NCBI GenBank assembly: GCA_964016885.1
Contig: OZ024742.1
Location: forward strand, 222,146,001 to 222,210,000
Direction: 5' to 3'
Length of the DNA: 64,000 bases
Origin: Eledone cirrhosa
Taxonomy: Eukaryota
Part shown: piece after piece, positions 1 through 12,710 of the stretch
Layout of the letters: every line of letters starts with the position of its first letter
Numbering within the stretch: the first letter of the stretch is position 1
Translations under genes and position numbers: made by a program
The notes under the pieces: model-generated
What the model was told of the DNA's origin: nothing
The model's database searches: none
Seen by the model: the letters and a program-made list of their open reading frames with translations, nothing else

Positions 1-192
1 TATTTAACAGTTATATTGATGCCAAGTATTTTTTAAGCTGTCTCACACGCACCCTCTCTATTGTATGTATTATATATTTTTCTCATGTCTCTCAATATTA
101 AGGTATATAAATATTGAGTTTTGTCATATATTACTCACTACTATGACTGAATCTTAACCATCTACTATGTAAGGGTATGTCATGCATCATCT

Positions 193-259
193 TATTTTAT
201 CTGATGAGGACGTACTGTTGAAGTTAACTCAGTACCTGTGAAATATGTATAATAAAATA
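193..259 (+). ncRNA. Type I hammerhead ribozyme motif (family A-like)
   Basis: Stem I TATTTTAT/ATAAAATA, CTGATGA, stem II GTACTG..CAGTAC with imperfect base, GAAA, near-palindromic stem III ATATGTAT, cleavage after AUA; upstream of (TA)n. Confidence 0.7.
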
Positions 260-299
260 TACTTGATCACAAGAATATCTATTTTGTTAATATTTTGAA

Positions 300-409
<110 letters not shown>

Positions 410-419
410 AATATATATA

Positions 420-700
420 AATGGAAAAAAATGAAACAAAATTTAATTTCTCACTCTTAGTACGGCTGTTACTTAAATATAAGTATGTATACGTACATAC
501 ATATATGTATACAGACGTACAGTAGAATATATATATATACATACATGCACACATATATATATGTACGTATGGGTTTACCGAACATTTATTATAATGCTCG
601 GTGTGGTTGTAAACAAACATCCCGAATTAAGCCGTACAGTGTCTAGCAACCATCCTTTGTCAGTGTTGAACAAAAGGGCAACGATGGTTGCTAAACACTA
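420..700 (-). mobile_element. 3' part of HHR element family C abutting (TA)n
   Basis: Closely similar to 29883-30120; short inverted piece at ~660-700. Confidence 0.75.
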
Positions 701-959
701 TATCCACAGTATATACATTATATACGCACTTTATAAATAAAACGAATAAATTGTTGCCTTGTGGGCATGGAGGAAAACTAAGGTACAACAAGCAATTGCG
801 ATGTGTCTGATCTCTCGATTTCCTCCTTAACTGTTTATCCCTCAGGAAACCGAGTTATCCGCTTTTCCACCTGAAGATAGATCTTGGCTAGTTTTCCGCT
901 CCGCTGCAGAATTATTATCATAGAATTCCCAATCCAGCACACCCAAAGATCAGATTGCA

Positions 960-1225
960 GTTTTAGTTACAGGAAAAGGAAAGAGGAGACCTTAGGTGTT
1001 CCGATTCCAAGAAATGGAACCGGATAACAAGTCACTCATGTCGTTTTGAAGGAAATTCAACGACTCAAAATTAAGGATATAATAATTGGCATGTCCTTCG
1101 ACACCAGTGCCAGTAACACTAGCATGCACCAAGCTAATACGAAAATTGAAGCAGCTCTGAAGAAATCCCTCTTGTGGCTGGCTTGCCGCCAATACATTCT
1201 TGAACTAGTTTTGAAGAAAATATCT
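960..1225 (+). pseudogene. DDE transposase fragment, hAT-superfamily-like
   Basis: SFDTSASNT...LLWLACRQYILELVL resembles FDTTASNTG...LACRHHxxEL (catalytic D plus CxxH region). Confidence 0.6.
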
Positions 1226-1589
1226 AACGTAATTCCCTGGTCAAAAAAAGTTGACAAGACTGTACCTTTGTATTGGAGTTAGAATCCATTGGACAGGCTT
1301 CCACTCAGTTTCCTCCTACCAAAAGACACACACGCAGGGCCTGTCTCTATCCAAGTCAATATTTAAATAAAGAAAAAGAAAAAGAAACACCCACGTCCAA
1401 AATGGAACGTGGTGGGATTGAACCCGTATCATCACGATTGGGCAGTGAACTCCTTAACAATTCAACTGATGAACGTTGTCGCCCAGACAGCTTCTATGGC
1501 AACATACTTCACCACATATATAAACTACTAACTAGAAATATAGAAAATTATACAATAAAGTTTTCCTAGGTGAACACTGCTTGTAAATG

Positions 1590-1787
1590 CGAGGGTCGAC
1601 TGAAAGGTTCATAGGTTAACTATGAAGGAGAGATGCTAGGGCTGTGAAATCTAACACGCATGAATTTCAACTCTTCTTATTAATAACTGCATTGTTTTTG
1701 TCCACGGACTATGTCGAAAAATAAACTTCATTTGGTCATCCTTATGAGAATATCTTGGTCAGCCTATGAACTTTTCAGTCGCCCTCG
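1590..1787. mobile_element. Mariner-like MITE (other copies 2838-3013, 5653-5828, 5917-6112)
   Basis: TIR CGAGGGTCGACTGAAAAGTT..., TA-type flanks. Confidence 0.8.
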
Positions 1788-1961
1788 TGTATATATATAT
1801 ATATATATATAATGAAATACTGTTGGCTTCACGCTTACAATAATTTCTATACTTTCATTTATATATATATATATATATCGAGGTGTGACACACGAGTTGT
1901 GATATATTAGTAACAAGGAAAAGAAAATGCTGGCAAATTTTTCCCAGTGAAAAATAGTTTA

Positions 1962-2755
1962 GGCGATATACAATTTTAGTGGACTAAATGCTGCTTACGT
2001 GCTGTAGTTGCTGTTTACTTCAATGTATGAGGCTATTCCAACAAATTTACACTCCTTTTTTTTTAGCCGTTAAAAGAAATATAGATTTATTTATTGTTTT
2101 TTTTTTTTGCGATTTATTTGCCACTGGGGCATAGATTTCTTTATTTGCCTCGTTTTTGCCACGATTTCTTTATTTGCCACGGGGGAAGTTTTTACAAAAA
2201 TCAAGTACAAACATTTAACGAGTGATTAAAAAGGAATATAAAAAATTAAGTCCTCAATAGAGAGGCAGCCTTTTGGGGTCACACACCCCCGTAGAAAGTG
2301 TGCGACCTTTCTGCCAGGGAGCACAGAGAGAGGGGGTGCTCCCTTCTTCTCTTACCTGTACAAGCCGATATAGAGAGATGGCCCACTTACACGGGCCATT
2401 ATTGCTACTTTCACCCATCTTTCATGGAATTGACTGGGACTGAGTGCCTTTTTCTCCACCTTGATCCTTCTTTCGAAGTGGTATCGGAAGAAGAGGACCA
2501 TTTGTTGGCCGGCGACATATCCCCACAGATCGGGAAAAAAAAAAAAAATAAATAAACAAAAACGTGGTAAATAAAGAAATCTATGCCCCAGTGGCAAATA
2601 AATCGCAAAAAAAAAAAACAATAAATAAATCTATATTTCTTTTAACGGCTAAAAAAAAAAGGGAATGTAAATTTGTTGGAATAGCCTCATACATTGAAGT
2701 CAGCAGCAACTACAGCACGTAAGCAGCATTTAGTCCACTAAAATTGGATATCGCC
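1962..2755. mobile_element. Non-autonomous DNA transposon with ~195 bp TIRs and 8 bp TSD (Merlin/MULE-like)
   Basis: TIRs GGCGATAT.../...ATATCGCC; ATAGTTTA duplicated on both sides; empty paralogous site at ~56578-56605. Confidence 0.85.
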
Positions 2756-4329
2756 ATAGTTTAATTAGGAATATATATGTGTGTGTGTGTGTGTGTCTCT
2801 GTGTGTGTGTGTGTGTGAGTGAGAGAGTTTGTGTATACGAGGGTCGACTGAAAAGTTATTTGGCTGACTATGAAGGAGTGATGCTAGAGCTGTGAAATCT
2901 CGCATACATTAATTTCAACTCTCCTCATTAATAACTGCATTGTCTCTTTCCATTTGGTCAGTCGATGAAAGTAACTCGGTCAGTCTATGAACTTTTCAAC
3001 CGACCGACCCTCGTATAACAAATCGATATAAATATATTCAGTTTTATTTATGACACCTGTGTGTAAATTGAGGGAGATTGCTCCCTAATTCGGACTGGTC
3101 AAGCACCCACATGTACAACCACTACATACGTGGTTACTGCGTTATGTCTGTAATCAACAACACGCGTTGCTAGTTTCTGGTTACAGAAGAACACGTGACG
3201 CAAATAACAAACACACTCAATGTGAAGATTGGTTATAAACCTGACAGATAGATATAAATATATTGAGTTTTATTTAATTAACCATAAATTTGACATAAAA
3301 TATTTCATAGAAATCATTTATAATAATGTAATAATCAATAATATATAGAAATATTTATAATATATTAATTACGGAATTAAATATATACAATAGTTTATTT
3401 ATCATAATCAGTGGTTGTATATTTACATATTCTATATAAATAAAAACTTAATCAGTTACTTGATACTCTGGTTTCTCTTCACCCAAAGCGGATAAATCTT
3501 TCGCCTTTTACTAAAGATTTCCGTGGGGAGGAACATTTTAATGAGTCTATTGACTTATTTTTGAAGCCTCATCTTTTGATGAGGTTAAAACTAATTAATA
3601 TCAGAAATAACATTTTTCCACAATCTTTGAAATGAACAAGCTATGTGGTTATTTGACCTGCTAGAAATAGCAGTTAATTTTGATAAGTACTCTCACACCT
3701 TGACCTTATTATTTTTTCTAACGCTCCACCTTATTAAATTTTGCTAATCTATCTCCGGCGAAATTGAAATTGTATTGTATGTGATTCATATGGATAGAGC
3801 AGCTGAAGAATCCAGTGGTTGTATATTTTTTTTTCCCTTCAGGACGAGGTGGCATGCGTGGAGGTAGGGTTATATTTTTTCATATAAATTGACAAATATA
3901 AACTTTATACAATAGTTCTCGTAGCTACAGATTTAATCTTCACTGTTCAATCCATTACTAAAAGATCTGAGTTTACCCCTGCTCCCCACAAAACGGTATC
4001 TTTTCAATAGTGAATTGTGTAATGTTCGTGTCATGAATTCTTTCATTTCTAGACTTTTTATGAAATTACATCTTGTAATGATTTAGCAAAATATATCTAA
4101 AATTATTTAGTTAAAAGGTTTATAGTATAGAAATGTCTTCAAAACAGGAAGGCATGACATGGCCTCCTAGCATTAGCTTATGCCGAATGAACAGGTAATA
4201 TGAAACGTAGAGGGCTCCTAAATTTTGACATGAATGTGGGGGTATCTTTAATGATTCCTATCATTGAGGTAATCAAGTAAATTTCTTCACATAATATAAG
4301 ATGAATTTGATATATTAAAATATTTTTGT

Positions 4330-4510
4330 TTCTACTTTAGGCACAAGGCCAGCAATAACTAGTTCATTACTGGTACTTTATTTTATCGACCCCGTAAGGA
4401 TGAAAGGCAAAGTCAACCTCTGCGGGATTTGAACTCAGATCGTAAAGGGACGTAACTATGCTGGAAAGCATGGCGTCCGACCCTCTACCGATACTGCCAA
4501 TCCACCGCCT
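4330..4510 (-). mobile_element. tRNA-derived SINE family 1 (many copies, e.g. 31591-31780+, 36870-37530- cluster, 47180-47280+, 51240-51410+, 56226-56410+, 57875-58265- tandem pair)
   Basis: A box TGGCAGTATCGG, B box GAGTTCAAATCC, central GCCTTTCATCC..GGGGTCGATAAAATAAAGTACCAGT domain. Confidence 0.85.
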
Positions 4511-6404
4511 AATATATTAAAATATTAACACCTTAACTCACATGAACAAATTTATATGTTGGTCTATCTACAAAAATCATTTTAAGTTTGCAAATTAAAA
4601 AAATATACCTCGACCAACGGTGCCTGGCCCAATACCGTAACCACCTTTTCCCCTGGCAAGCAGCTGGATAATGATAATCTGCGAATAGAGGTTTCCCTGA
4701 GGCTCGGATCTGCGAGCCACCATAGACTCCTTCGGCCTCCACCCGCTTTCTTGTCTCTACAATGCCTGCCGCCTTCCATGCCATGCTGCTTCTCAACGAA
4801 GTCATAAAGGATGTCTTTGATGCTGCAGGCTCCCCTCCCAGCTGGACTGAGGGGACGGCATGACCATATTACCGTACTGCGGTGGAAAACCCCTCATCTG
4901 CTGTATCGATATGAATCATACAATTTCGCCGGAGATTTAGCAAAATTTAATAAGCAGGGGCGAAGAAAGACTATTGAGAGTATTTGTAATTAACTGCTAT
5001 TTCTAGCAGGTCAATAACCACATAGCTTGTTCATTTCAAATATTGTGGAAAAATGTTATTTCTGATATTAATTAGTTTTAACCTCATCAAAAGATGAGGC
5101 TTCAAAAATAAGTCAATAGACTCATTAAAATGTTCCTCCCCACGGAAATCTTTAGTAAAAGGCGAAAGATTTATCCGCTTTGGGTGAAGAGAAACCAGAG
5201 TAACAAGTAACTGATTAAGTTTTTATTTATATAGAATATGTAAATATACAACCACTGATTATGATAAATAAACTATTGTATATATTTAATTCCGTAATTA
5301 ATATATTATAAATATTTCTATATATTATTGATTATTACATTATTATAAATAATTTCTATGAAATATTTTATGTCAAATTTATGTTTAATTAAATAAAACT
5401 CAATATATTTATATCTATCTGTCAGGTTTATAACCAATCTTCACATTGAGTGTGTTTGTTATTTTCGTCACGTGTTCTTCTGTAACCAGAAACTAGCAAC
5501 GCGTGTTGTTGATTACAGAAATAACGCAGTAACCACGTATGTAGTGGTTGTACATGTGGGTGCTTGACCAGTCCGAATTAGGGAGCAATCTCCCTCAATT
5601 TACACACAGGTGTCATAAATAAAACTGAATATATTTATATCGATTTGTTATACGAGGGTCGGTCGGTTGAAAAGTTCATAGACTGACCGAGTTACTTTCA
5701 TCGACTGACCAAATGGAAAGAGACAAAGCAGTTATTAATGAGGAGAGTTGAAATTAATGTATGCGAGATTTCATAGCTTTAGCATCACACCTTCATAGTC
5801 AGCCAAATAACTTTTCAGTCGACCCTCGTATACACACATACAGACTCACACACACACACATACACAAACACAAATTTACATGCACGCACACACACACACA
5901 CAAATATATATATACACGAGGGCCGGCTGGAAAGTTTATAGACTGACCAAGATACTCTCGTGATGGCCAAATGAAATGTATTTTTCAATATAGTCCCTGG
6001 ACAAAAACAATGCAGTTATTAATAAGAAGAGTTGAAATTAATGCATGTTAGATTTCACAGCTCTAGCATCTCTCCTTCATAGTTAGCCCACGAACCTTTC
6101 AGTCGACCCTCGTATTTACAAGCAGTGTTCACCTAGGAAAACTTTATTGTATAATTTTCTATATTTTTAGTTAGTAGTTTATATATGTGGTGAAGTATGT
6201 TGCCATAGAAGCTGTCTGGGCGACAACGTTCATCAGTTGAATTGTTAAGGAGCTCACTGCCCAATCGTGATGTTACGGGTTCAATCCCACCACGTTCCAT
6301 TTTGGACGTGGGTGTTTCTTTTCCTTTTTTAAATATGGACTCGGGTAGATGCAAGCCGTCGTATACACACACACACAAATATATACAAATACATACATAT
6401 ATAT

Positions 6405-6473
<69 letters not shown>

Positions 6474-6477
6474 AGGA

Positions 6478-7045
6478 TCGCTGTTCGGCGTTCATCAGAG
6501 CCACGCACTCCCTGCTTCCGCTGAAAATTATAGAAACTGGATTCTTATAGAATTCCAGTAATAATCAGAAGCTGATTATACAGAACGATTGCTCGTCCAG
6601 CAAAAATTAGGTATTAGGATTGGTGCTCTGCAATAGCGATGTATACATGAATGTATGTATAGTATATTTGGCAATATACCGTATGTTTAATTAAAAACAT
6701 TTAGAAGCCCATACGCTATCAGTTTTAAAGTATGTGACTTACTTCTTTTCGGCGAAACCAATCCTAATACCTAATTTTTGCTGGACCGGCAATCGCTCTG
6801 TATAATCAGCTCCTGATTATTACTGGAATTCTATAAGAATCTAGCTTCTATAATTTTCGGCAGAAGAAGGGAATGCGTGGCTCCGATGATCGCCAAACAG
6901 CGTGAAACAGACTGTTAGCTTCTCTCCATTCTTTCGCCGAAAAGAAGTGACATAGTCACTACTTTAAAACCGATAGAGTATGGTCTTCAAAATGCTTTTA
7001 ATTGAACATACGGTATATTGCCAAATATACTATACATACATTCAT
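6478..7045 (+). mobile_element. HHR element with double-inverted structure; HHR at 6879-6920
   Basis: GGCT-CCGATGA-TCGC..GCGT-GAAA-CAGACTGT-T-AGCT; inverted partial copy has canonical CTGATGA; flanked by (TA)n. Confidence 0.75.
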
Positions 7046-7129
7046 ATATATATATATGTATATATATATTGGAAAACCTGCTCGTGTCCGAGTACGGCCA
7101 CTTCTTAGAACAGAAAAACGGGACAAAAC

Positions 7130-9665
7130 ATGATATTGATGATGCTGTTGCTGATTTGCTGATGCCGCCTTAAGTGGCTCATCAAACAAGGAAGTGACTT
7201 ACATACCAGAGCACACAGTGTGTTGTTAAGTTTCCCACCTACTTGGGTCTGGTTGGCATGGCATGCCTTGTGGTGCCGTGTCAGTCCACTTACAGAGTAA
7301 CGCATTTTGTTGCAGATACTACATGCAAAATCAAGGTGTATAGGGTACTCGAAGGTGTTATTTCAGTGAGTATGACATTTGCTGTGGTTTAGTAACCCAT
7401 CCTTTGACATACATACACCTCCGCATTCTCCACAGGTAAGAGTTTCTTTCAAACCTCGTTCTGGAAGCGGACTAACATCCCTCATATATTTAGCTGCTCG
7501 TTCACTTCGGCATAGGCATGCCCTCTGCATCTTTTCAAATCCCTCAACACCGGCAGCAATGAGATTTCGTCATTGGGCTCTATCGGTTACAAGATTTTCC
7601 CATGTTTCCGTGTTGATGTTGACTTTCTTCAAGGTATCTTTCAGGCAGTATTTGAAGCGCTTGTGCGGTTTGCAACGTAAGCGTTTGCCTTGCAACAATT
7701 CGCCATACAGAATTTGCTTGGGGATTCTGCTGTCATTTAGGTGTACTATATGATTTGTCCACCAGAGGCGCTGTTTCATGATCATGCTCTCGGTGCTTGG
7801 CATACAGGCCCGCTGCAGCACATCAGTGTCTAGTTTATGGTACTCCTATGAGATCTTGAAGATGGAGCGCAATTATTGTTGGTGGAAACGTTCGAGACGC
7901 TGGATATGTCGACAGTATGTTGTCCATGTCTCACATCTATACAGAAAGACTGTAAGCACACATGCCTGATACACTTCGACTTTCGTGCACACACTGATGT
8001 CTGACTGTGGCCATAGGCGCTTTTTCAGCTTACCAAAAGCACCGGAAGCTTTGGACAGCCGGTATCTTACCTCTTCACCAAGGGTGCTGGTGCTGGAGAG
8101 AGTACTGCCCAGCTACACAAACTTATCTATAACCATCAATGTTTCCCTTTGACAAATATAGATGGAGAGACATATGGCTTTGCGAGTACAAGCTGGTACA
8201 TCACCACTGTCTTTTTCAGGTTGATTGTCAGTCCAAATTTATCACATGCTGCCTAGAAGCAATCCATCAGGAGTTGAAGGTCTACTTCTGTGTGACTAAC
8301 AAGATCACAGTCATCTGCATAAAAACGATCACGTATCAGTGTGATATATGTTTTTGATAAAGCGAGGAATCATCGGATCTTAAAAAGCCTTCCTATTGTT
8401 CGATAACGTATATATATGCCAGCATCGATGTTGGTGAATGCTTTTAACAATAAAAAACAAAAAAAAAAAACCAGCAAAACAAATGGCAAAGTCGGGGCGA
8501 GCATCTTACCCTGTTTCACGCCTGTCTCAACTGAGAAAGGTTCCCGGAGCTCACCATTGACACAGACCCATGCTCTCATGTCATCATGCAATGGACGTAT
8601 AGTCACTGTAAAATCTCAGGGCAACCAAACTTCAAGTGTATACTCCAAAGGGCCTGCCTATTGACTGTGTCAAAGTTGCTTTTAGGAGTCGGTGGTCTAT
8701 CCAGCACTCTGCTCCTCTCATGCAACGGATAGATCTGACACCCCGCAAATCGTTACGTCTTAATATGCCAATGACGTAAACGTGGGTGCAACCAGGTTCC
8801 CTTGTACTTGCTCTTCTGTTTGAACTATCTGTTTCCTATGACAAGATTGAATTCCTGGCACACCTGTACTGTAACTGGAGAAGTCCATTTTTATTGCAGT
8901 GTCTCATTCCATGACGTCATATGCTGCTCCTTGTAGTAAAGTTACACCCAACACGAGCATTCACATCACCCAAAACTAAATGTTTGTCATCTCTATTTAC
9001 ACTTTTCAAGATTATTCTTAGATCCGCGTAAAATTTATCTATTTCTTCTTGGGGTCTTACACACCGTCCAAAGTCATAAAACGGTTAAATTAAAGCGGCA
9101 AGTGTCATAATCCTATCGGATACCATGCGAAAGCTCCGTCAGATGTTGCACCAGGGTGGTTCTTAGAGCAAATGCGACTCCAGGTACACGATTCTCAATT
9201 TCAGGTTGGCCCTTGTAGAATAAGGTGTATCCGGAGCTTGGTTCCTCTAGTTGACCAACCTCGAGTAGTTGTGTTTCCGAGAGGGCGACAATATCCAGCT
9301 GATACCGATGGAACTTGTTAGGCCTGTAGACATCACAGTTCTCTCCATCACCAGAACAACGCCCACTTTTCAGTCGAAACCGGCGAAAGAAGCCGATGGC
9401 CTAACATAGGTTGGAAAGATCAGCAGCTGATTCATCTTCAAGTTTTCTACCAGAGTTTCCTTCTGGTAAACCTTTGGATGGCCGTTGACTTTTATGAGTT
9501 CCTCCACCATTTGACGGGTATTGTTTTTCATCCCGCAAGGTGTAAATTAACCTCCTCACCAAGCAAACTTGGTGGGGTAACTGGTTTAGTTGCCGACGAC
9601 CCGACAATGCACAGGTTGTACTGGGTTACATGTCACCAGTAGCGCCGAAGAGCGACCTGACATAG
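7130..9665 (-). mobile_element. Decayed RTE-clade LINE (APE and RT, frameshifted)
   Basis: LDIVALSETQL (APE), ETGVKQGKMLAPTL and YADD region (RT), HIVHLNDSRIPKQILYGEL (C-terminal). Confidence 0.9.
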
Positions 9666-9679
9666 ACATTTAATTATAT

Positions 9680-10520
9680 ACTAGCAACAGTACTCAGCGT
9701 TGCCTGGGTAGGTAAAATAATATCTGCTTTGATGAAAAGGTGTTGATCTTAGCGACTGTGAGTTTCTTGAAAATCAGTCGTATGGTGTAGCAAATGGCGA
9801 AATGTTGAGTGAAATTGTATGGAATATGTGGGAGGTGGAAAAAATTGTATTTTGAAGAGTTAAACGGCTGCCACGCCGTCCCTGAACAAAAAATGCAAAG
9901 TGTAAAGCTACTATAAGATGTGCAATGATAGGTTCTATCGTAGTATAAAAGTTGAACCAAATAAATTGATTTATGTGTGAGGTGGAGCTGAAGTTTCGAA
10001 TTTGAACGAAATCGGTTGAAAAATGTGGGAGCTAGAGCCGAAAAGGCGCAAATTTGAGCGAAAAGGTGGTATTTTCGAATATTTAAGCGGCTGCCACGCC
10101 ATTCCTGAACAAAAAAATCCATCTAGCGTAGTATAAAATTTGAACAAAGTAGGTTGATTAATGTGAGAGCTAGAGCCGAAAAAGTGGAAATTTGAGTCTA
10201 CAAGTGGTATTTTTTGAATATTTAAGCGGCTGACACGCCGTCCCTGAACAACAAATGCAAAATGTAAAGCCATTACAGGATGTGCAATGATAAATTCTAT
10301 TTTTCTTCAAAATTTGAACGAAATCGGTGGCAATATGTGGGAGCTAGAGCCAAAAATCTTATTTTTCGATACCTAAAAAAAGGTGCCCCCCTATCGATTT
10401 TTATTTGTAGAATGACGCTGATATATAGAAAACACTCTCCGATGACTAATCTATGAGCCTGTAAAGTTTCATGAAAATCGGTCGTAAGATGTAATTACCC
10501 TATAGGTAATACACATACAC
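9680..10520 (-). mobile_element. Non-autonomous Helitron/Helentron (DINE-like) element
   Basis: CTAG terminus with adjacent GC hairpin, internal tandem subrepeats, AAGTTTCATGAAAATCGG motif before microsatellite. Confidence 0.6.
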
Positions 10521-10576
10521 ACACATACTTAATTTTATATATATACAGATATATATATATATAGATATAGATATAT

Positions 10577-10687
<111 letters not shown>

Positions 10688-11287
10688 GAGAGAGAGAGAT
10701 AGATAGATAGAGTGTGTGTGTGTGTATGTGTTGTAGTTTGTTTGAAGCATTACGGAATAGGAAATACAAATTTAAATAAATTTAAAAGCCGCCCTAAAAT
10801 GCGTACAAGATTAAAGGGGCCAAGGTAACAAGAGTTATAGAGGAGAAAACGAGGACGATAGAATTTTACTGTAGCGAATTTAATTATCTCAAATATTTTC
10901 GAGTTTAAAAACCCATTATCAAGAGAGGATTTGTGTGTAGGTCTTCAAAGAGCATTCGGAGAAGAGTTGTTGTTTAGCTGGCAGATTTAATTTAAATGTA
11001 TGGGGGAGAAAAAACGTTAAAATTTAAAGCTTTTTGCGTGGAAAAAAAACCGTGTGAGAATATGTGTTTGATATATGTATGTGTAAGCGTGAATGTAAGT
11101 GTGCTTAGTGAGAGACGTATGAGAATATGTGTATGATGTTTGTATGTGTGTGCGTGAGTATAAGTTTACGTAGCGAAAGGCGTGTGCGAATATGTATATG
11201 ATATAAGGGAAAAATATGTGTGTGATATATGTATGTGTGCGTGAGTGTAAGTGTGTATGCGTAATGAGGACGTAGATTTATTTTGAA

Positions 11288-12504
11288 CTAGCAGTGTATC
11301 CCGGCGTTGCACGGGTAAGAACATTGGGAAACGTTTATTTGTGAGTGCCTGTTAAAAACTCACGAAAATATACCGACAGGAAATTTGTTTTATTTGGAGA
11401 AAATGGAGAAGTTGAAAGTACAGTTTAGCTGTCTACGTGCATTGTTCATAGAAATATTGTTGAGCCCCTTCTTTTCATACTCCTTCTGTGACAGTTGTCC
11501 CCCGGCGTTTCCACTCTTTTTTGGCCTATTGGAGTAAATGTGAAAGAGAAAGTCACAGGTTAAGTTGGCAGAAGGTTCCAGTGTCATAGCAGTAAGGTGT
11601 AGGCTACTTACCTCAAAAGTTCATTCGCACTCTTTCTACTAAGTTACTCTTTCTCTCTATCCCTCTCGGTGCAGTCCTTTGCGAATTTCTCCCGTAGGCC
11701 TGGTGTAGATTTGCACCCGATCCACATGTCCGCTCTGTACGGCTTTTGGAGGAAGGAGTGACTAGCAGTACGTTGTTCGGTATTATTACGAAAGGGTGTA
11801 GCAGAGAATCCCGCGTGAACTAACAGCTCGGGAGGAAATTGTTTTCCTCGAAGATTCATTCGCCATCGTTCTTGTTAACGCTCCGTTTAGTTGGTATTTG
11901 TTGGTCTACAGTTATATGAATGACGCACAAAAATATTAAAGCAACTGGGAATGTTGGCTTGAAGTTTTAGTGGAAAAAAACGCCTAAAACAGAAAATGTC
12001 TGTCTGTCTGTCTGTCCCCCTAAAACTTGAGAACCACCCAACCGATTTTTTTCAAACTTTACACATGTAATACTTATGGTCGTGTGAGTCTTTTGAGCAA
12101 AAATATTTCAAATTTTCAATGCCCTAGGGACCGCATTAGGCGCCGGTTAGCGATCTCCCTCTCTTTCTTAGTCTGTCTTTTTAGATAGATACATAGCTAT
12201 AACGTCGCGCCCTTATAATATCTGTCTGTATGTCTGGCTGTCTGCATTACGACATTATGAAAACGTCTTCACGAACCAGAGTATTGTCTTCCTGTTTTCT
12301 TTCGGTTGCAAAAAAAAAAAAAAAAACGCCTTTAACAACAAAAAATAAAAAAATAAAAGCTGTAGTTAATATCTTTAGACCGCAAGGAATATATAAATGC
12401 AAGTTTGAAGTAAAAAAAATCGGAGTAGAAATGTGGATTTGTATAGACTTTGCAAAAATGAGGACACACACAGAGACAATTTCAGTTTTATATATATGTA
12501 TAGA
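11288..12504 (-). mobile_element. Non-autonomous Helitron/Helentron-like element
   Basis: ACTAGCAGTGTATCCCGGCGTTGCACGGG terminus; segment 11985-12260 shared with 28950-29245 and 56017-56200. Confidence 0.6.
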
Positions 12505-12672
12505 TGATTGAATGAAACGTTAGAGTTTAATGTGAGTATGTGTATTATATATGTATGTTTGCGTGGGTGTAAGTGTATGTGTAGTGAGGAATGTAAAGTT
12601 CAGGGTAAGGGAGTAAAATATATATATATATAAGAATGTATACATACATACATACATACATACATACATACA

Positions 12673-12703
<31 letters not shown>

Positions 12704-12710
12704 TCATTTA

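Larger units (their letters stand above)
1345..6350. repeat. ~5 kb nested inverted duplication (foldback)
   Basis: 1345-1790 is the reverse complement of 5912-6350; 2832-3678 is the reverse complement of 4989-5834; ~1.3 kb spacer. Confidence 0.9.

Noticed and set aside
1466-1510. CTGATGA as a possible HHR core (also TTGATGA at ~3576)
   Set aside because: No correctly placed GAAA, stem III and stem I partner
6225-6320. tRNA-like sequence (also 1385-1480 minus)
   Set aside because: A/B-box-like motifs but no convincing cloverleaf; interpreted as a SINE head
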